Positions 59,724 through 64,000 of a stretch of 64,000 nucleotides of DNA are shown here, in pieces. Both the position numbers and the translations under genes were made by a program. This DNA is from an uncultured Acidobacteriota bacterium (GTDB lineage: Bacteria; Acidobacteriota; Thermoanaerobaculia; Multivoradales; UBA5704): contig CAVYRF010000002.1 in NCBI GenBank assembly GCA_963770895.1, forward strand, positions 5,152,001 to 5,216,000. Direction: 5' to 3'. The notes under the pieces are model-generated. The model did not search any database and was not told the DNA's origin. It was given only the letters and a program-made list of their open reading frames with translations. Position 1 is the stretch's first letter; the number at the start of each line of letters is the position of its first letter.

Positions 59724-60409
59724 AGATCCTGATCGTGGACGACGACCGCGAGCTGGCGGGGCTGATCGCCTATGCCTTGCGCCAGGCCGGGTACATGACG
59801 GTCGAAGCGGGCGACGGCCTGGCCGCGCTCGCCGCCTTCGAGCGCGAGCAGCCCGACCTGGTGATCCTGGACCTGCAGCTGCCCAAGCTGGGCGGCCACG
59901 AGGTCTGCCGGCGCATCCGCGAGCACTCGGCGACGCCGATCATGATGCTGACCGTGCAGGGCGGCGAGGAGGACGAGGTGGCGGGGCTCGACCTGGGGGC
60001 CGACGACTACCTGACCAAGCCGTTCAGTCCGCGCGCCCTGCTGGCGCGGGTGCGCGCCCTGCTGCGCCGGGCCGGCGAGGACAAGCCGGCGCCGCTGCTC
60101 GCCGGCGACTTTGCGCTCGACCTCGAGCAGCAGTCGGTGACGGTGCGCGGCGGCCCGCCGCTGCGCCTGACGCGGCTGGAGGTGCGCCTGCTGCAGCTGC
60201 TGCTGGCCAATGCCGGCCACCCGGTGCCGGTCGAGCGCCTGCTGTCGCACGTGTGGGGCTCGCGCGGTGCCGGCGACCGCCAGCTGGTCAAGCAGCTGGT
60301 CCATCGCCTGCGCCACAAGATCGAGATCGACGCCCGCCAGCCGCGCTACCTGCAGACCGTCGCCAGCGTCGGCTATACCCTGCGCTCGCGCGGCGAAGCC
60401 GGCGAGTAG
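59720..60409 (+). CDS. OmpR/PhoB-family response regulator
   Basis: KILIVDDD, DLVILD, GADDYLTKPF, LT..E..LL, VHRLR.KIE, TV..VGY. Confidence 0.94.
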   Translation: MKILIVDDDRELAGLIAYALRQAGYMTVEAGDGLAALAAFEREQPDLVILDLQLPKLGGHEVCRRIREHSATPIMMLTVQGGEEDEVAGLDLGADDYLTKPFSPRALLARVRALLRRAGEDKPAPLLAGDFALDLEQQSVTVRGGPPLRLTRLEVRLLQLLLANAGHPVPVERLLSHVWGSRGAGDRQLVKQLVHRLRHKIEIDARQPRYLQTVASVGYTLRSRGEAGE

Positions 60410-60609
60410 GCGGCGCCTGCTGGCCGGGGCGTCGCGGCGCCCCGGCGCCCCGCGGCGTCCGCCCGCGACAGGCCGCCTGGGGGCTGCGGCGCCAGTACCT
60501 TCTCATATTTGCATCATTCGATGTGAACTAATCGCTGTCTGCTGCGTATATTGACTATGCGGATGTCGAATGAGGTATTGTGTTGGCAGGAGATCCACAA
60601 GGAGGCAAG

Positions 60610-61932
60610 ATGATGACGCCACGCCCGGGACACTCCGACCGCGAGGCCGGCAGCTCGACGCTGTGGGACTTGGGGCCGTTCGAGCTGCTGCTGCAGCGCA
60701 AGCTGGGGACCGCCGACAGCTTCCAAGTGCGGCCCGTGTCGCGCCTGATCGCCGCCAGCGAGGAGGATGCGACGCTGGCGGACCAGCTGTTGCGGCTGCC
60801 GCGGTCGCAGCGCCTGGCGTGCGTCGAGCGGGAGCCGGTGTACCGGCGCGAGTCGCTGGCGCGGCTGTTCGCGATGCGGTGCGAAGCGAGCCTGCACCTG
60901 GGCGCCTGCGACGCCCCCGCGGCGGAGCTGGCGGTGGCGGTGGCCGTGGCGCTGGACGTCGTGCCGGGCGGCAGCGTCGAGCGCACGGCGGCGCTGGCGT
61001 TCTGGCTGCTCGGCAAGACCAGTCTGGCGGCGCGGCGCTGGCAGGAGGCCGAAAACGCCTTCGAGATGATGCACTCCTTCGTGCCGGAGGGCGTCTCCGA
61101 GGAGCGGGCGCTGGCGCTTTGCGGCCTGGCGCAGCTGCGCTCCGACCAGGGAGCGTGGGACGACGCGATCATGCTGTTCGGCTGGGCGGCGCTGCTGTTC
61201 GCCCGCATGCAGGCGCTGGAGTCAGCCGCCGCCTGCCGCGCGCAGCAGGCCGACCTGCTGGTGGCGCTCGGGGCGCCGGACAAGGCGCGCGACTCGCTGG
61301 AGCAGGCGCTGCAAGACCTGGACTGCGCCACGGCGCCGTCGTTCGCCGCCCGCCTGCTGCTGGCGCTCGGCGGGTGCGAGGCGGCGGGCGGCCGCCTGGA
61401 AGCGGCGCGGACGGCGCTGCGGCAGGCCCGCGGGCTCTACGACCTGCCGGCGGCGCCCGGCGAGGAGGTGCAGCGCGCATGGCTGGAGGGCAGGGTTGCC
61501 GCCGCCGCGGGCGAATCCGGCGTCGCCGACCGCCTGCTCGACGGCGTGCGCCGCCAGCTGCTGACCGGCGGCAGCCTGCAGGAGGCGGCGCGGGTGACGC
61601 TCGACCAGGTGCTGCTGCGGCTGGGCAACAATCCCGGCGCCGCCGGCGATGCCGGTAATCCTGCCAGCCCGAGCGCGGTCCTCGCCGCCGAGCTCGCCGC
61701 GGCGTTTCCGCTGGCGACGGAGCACTTCGCGGCAGCGCTGGCCGAGCTCGCCGCGATCCCCGCGGAGGAGCGTGCGCGCGCCGCCGGCGAGCTGCGCCAG
61801 CGGCTGTGGCAGACCGCGCCGGAAGAGCAGGCGCGGCCGCCGCACCTGACCCCCTTGCGCGCCCTGGCCGATCGCCTGTTGCGGCGCATCGACGAGCACC
61901 AGGACCCGCTGGGCGGGGCGCGCGATCTGTAG
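60610..61932 (+). CDS. TPR-like helical hypothetical protein
   Basis: SD AAGGAGG before ATG 60610; Ala/Leu-rich helical repeats. Confidence 0.6.
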   Translation: MMTPRPGHSDREAGSSTLWDLGPFELLLQRKLGTADSFQVRPVSRLIAASEEDATLADQLLRLPRSQRLACVEREPVYRRESLARLFAMRCEASLHLGACDAPAAELAVAVAVALDVVPGGSVERTAALAFWLLGKTSLAARRWQEAENAFEMMHSFVPEGVSEERALALCGLAQLRSDQGAWDDAIMLFGWAALLFARMQALESAAACRAQQADLLVALGAPDKARDSLEQALQDLDCATAPSFAARLLLALGGCEAAGGRLEAARTALRQARGLYDLPAAPGEEVQRAWLEGRVAAAAGESGVADRLLDGVRRQLLTGGSLQEAARVTLDQVLLRLGNNPGAAGDAGNPASPSAVLAAELAAAFPLATEHFAAALAELAAIPAEERARAAGELRQRLWQTAPEEQARPPHLTPLRALADRLLRRIDEHQDPLGGARDL

Positions 61933-61964
61933 GTTCGGGGCCTCGGTCAGCGTCGGAGCGTCGG

Positions 61965-63560
61965 TCAGGGCAACGCCAGCAGGTAGGCGCGGCCGTCTGT
62001 AAAGAAGCGGTCGCTGCCGGCGTCGGTGCCGCGGCCGGGGGGACCGACGGTGAGCGTTGCCAGGCGCCGCGCGCCGCTCGGCGCCAGGTCGCCGGCGATC
62101 AGGTCGCGTTCGCGATCCACGTGCAGATCGATGCGGTGGGTGAGCAGGTAGGGCGCCGCCACCAGCATGATGCCGGCGTCGTAGCTGGCGGTCGCCACCC
62201 ACAGCGGCAGGTTGCCGGGGCTCACCCGCAGCCCGGTATCCCAGAGGCGGGTGTGGTGGCGGCGGCGGATCGAGCCCGATGGGTCGCCCGGCTTCTCGAA
62301 GGTGAGGTCCTGGGGCTGGCGCTCGTAGTAGGTCGGCGACGCCGGGCCGCGCGGATCGGGCCGGTTGCTGGCGACGTCCCAGAGCTCGGTCAGCACGCCG
62401 TGCACGGACTGCGGCTCGGCCTGCTGCCAGCCGGCGCGCGCGAACGCGGCGGCGAGGTGCGCCTGGTCGGCGATATAGAGCAGCGACACCGGCTCCATGG
62501 CGCCGCCCACCGCGTCTTCGGAGCGCACCGGCAGGCCGGCGGGGAAGGCGGCGGCGACCTGGGCCGCGGCGATCGGCAGCAGCGGCCGCGGCGGCCCCAC
62601 CACCTTGGGCTGGGGCCGCAGGGCGGCCAGCATCGACGCGTACACGCACAGCGCCACCGCCGACGCGGCCAGCGCGCCCGCCAGCCATGGGCAGCCGTCG
62701 GCGGGGACCGGCAGGCGGTGCTCGACCGGCGGATATTTGAACAGCGCGATCAGGATGGCCAGCCAGGCGGTGGCGAGCGCCAGGCTGGCCACCGTGTCGT
62801 ACGGCCAGTGCACGCCCAGGTAGATGCGCGAGATCGGCACCGACCCGATCAGCACCAGCAGCGGTGCCGCCAGCATCCAATGCCAGGGGCGGCGCGGCTC
62901 GTCGCGCAGGATCAGGTAGACCAGGAAGCCATACACCGAAGCGGCGACCAGGGTGTGGCCGGACGGGAAGCTGGAATCGTGCAGCAGCTGCGCGGCGCCC
63001 GGCGGGCGGGGTCGTTCGACCAGGCGCTTGAGGCCCAGGGAGAGCAGCTCGGCGCCGACCAGCCCGCAGCACAGCCCCAGCGCTTCGCGCCGCCTGCCGC
63101 CGGCCCAGAACAGCACCGCCACGCAGACCACCAGCGGCAGGACGAAGCTGGCGCTGGCCAGGGTGGTCACCAGCGAATAGAACCGCCACAGCACCGGCGA
63201 ATGGAAGCGCTCGACGGTGTTGTGCAGGCACTGGTCGGCGACCACCAGCTTGCTGTCGTCGAGCACCCCGCGCAGCAGGTGGACAAACCAGGCGCCGGCG
63301 CCGCCGGCGAAGGCGGCCCCGAGCACCAAACGCAGCCACGAGCGGCGGGAGTCGTGCAGGTGCCGGTCCAGAAACGCCATCAGGCGCGGCGCCCGGCGAC
63401 GCGCGCCGTGCAGACGCGGATGCGCCAGCAGCCGCCCCAACGACCCCCGCACCAGGTGAAACCCGCGGTGCGGCACCAGCCACGCCAGCGCCAGCAAGCC
63501 GGCGATGCTCCACACCAGCGCCCCCTTGCCCAGGACCACCGATAGAGCGTGGAGCGTCAT
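61965..63560 (-). CDS. PAP2 phosphatase with LssY-like C-terminal domain
   Basis: K.LV.RPRP, SFPSGH, SRIYLGVHWP.D, then RHH.RLW, WV..ASYD.G, H.ID..VD.ERD. Confidence 0.88.
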   Translation of the reverse strand: MTLHALSVVLGKGALVWSIAGLLALAWLVPHRGFHLVRGSLGRLLAHPRLHGARRRAPRLMAFLDRHLHDSRRSWLRLVLGAAFAGGAGAWFVHLLRGVLDDSKLVVADQCLHNTVERFHSPVLWRFYSLVTTLASASFVLPLVVCVAVLFWAGGRRREALGLCCGLVGAELLSLGLKRLVERPRPPGAAQLLHDSSFPSGHTLVAASVYGFLVYLILRDEPRRPWHWMLAAPLLVLIGSVPISRIYLGVHWPYDTVASLALATAWLAILIALFKYPPVEHRLPVPADGCPWLAGALAASAVALCVYASMLAALRPQPKVVGPPRPLLPIAAAQVAAAFPAGLPVRSEDAVGGAMEPVSLLYIADQAHLAAAFARAGWQQAEPQSVHGVLTELWDVASNRPDPRGPASPTYYERQPQDLTFEKPGDPSGSIRRRHHTRLWDTGLRVSPGNLPLWVATASYDAGIMLVAAPYLLTHRIDLHVDRERDLIAGDLAPSGARRLATLTVGPPGRGTDAGSDRFFTDGRAYLLALP

Positions 63561-63633
63561 GCGGCGGCTCTCCCGCGCGTCATGCCCTCGGCGCCCCTGA
63601 AGGCGGCCGCGACACACCGGCGGGTGCCGCGCG

Positions 63634-64000
63634 TCAACCGCGGCGTGGAGCGAGGCTTGCGGCCGGCTGGCGCGGCGGCCCTGGCGGTCGGGAGGGCCTT
63701 GCCGGTTGGCGTGGCGCCGGCGTGGCTCCATGCCGTGACGCACCGCGCGCACGGCGCCGTGCCTCGCAACCACCACCGCGTTCCGCCCCGGCGCTGCCAT
63801 GTTTGCATGGCCGTATCGTATACGGCCGCGGCGTCACCAGGGCGGCCAGCCGCGGCACTTCCGGGTGGGCCAGCCCGAGCAGCGGCAACACCTGGGCGGC
63901 GCCGACGTCGCTGAGGTAGCCCAAGCGGCGGGCCACTTCGAGGCAAAAAGAGAGCTCGCGTAGACGGCGCTCGGCCAGCGCCAGCGCCGGCAAGCTGTCG
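63634..64000 (-). CDS. Partial gene, four-helix-bundle-protein-like C-terminus (5' end outside the window)
   Basis: Frame open to the right edge; LRELSFCLEVARRLGYL resembles four helix bundle proteins. Confidence 0.35.
   Translation of the reverse strand, partial: DSLPALALAERRLRELSFCLEVARRLGYLSDVGAAQVLPLLGLAHPEVPRLAALVTPRPYTIRPCKHGSAGAERGGGCEARRRARGASRHGATPAPRQPARPSRPPGPPRQPAASLAPRRG

Overview
Very GC-rich bacterial chromosomal window, probably Acidobacteriota (Thermoanaerobaculia-like). That assignment is inferred from secreted-protein C-terminal domains such as '...WFF..NPEMLVKVLNGC...DTGAF' and 'TLTPCRLLDTR', and from exosortase H. Recognisable core genes are smc (partial), pyrR-pyrB-pyrC, suhB, aroC, an RNase II-family gene, an RRM RNA-binding protein, a THUMP methyltransferase, a cysA-sbp-cysT-cysW sulfate ABC transporter and a two-component pair. 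The strongest accessory signal is a split RiPP system. A 61-aa precursor with a KLxLNRETL leader and six Cys spaced exactly every fourth residue (10185-10370, hidden inside a longer ORF of the track) is transcribed divergently from a Mom-like GNAT-fold gene that is translationally coupled to a GT4 glycosyltransferase. About 16 kb away, an intact lanC and an intact lanB converge on each other with no adjacent precursor, transporter or protease. Other notable items are a LecB/PA-IIL-like lectin, a DUF222-HNH gene with an external copy of its internal palindrome, a CysA-USP fusion, a carbamoyltransferase/SGNH-like pair and a secreted protein with a Gly/Asn-rich insert. No rRNA, tRNA or CRISPR array was seen. 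All family calls come from motif recognition by eye, not from database searches.
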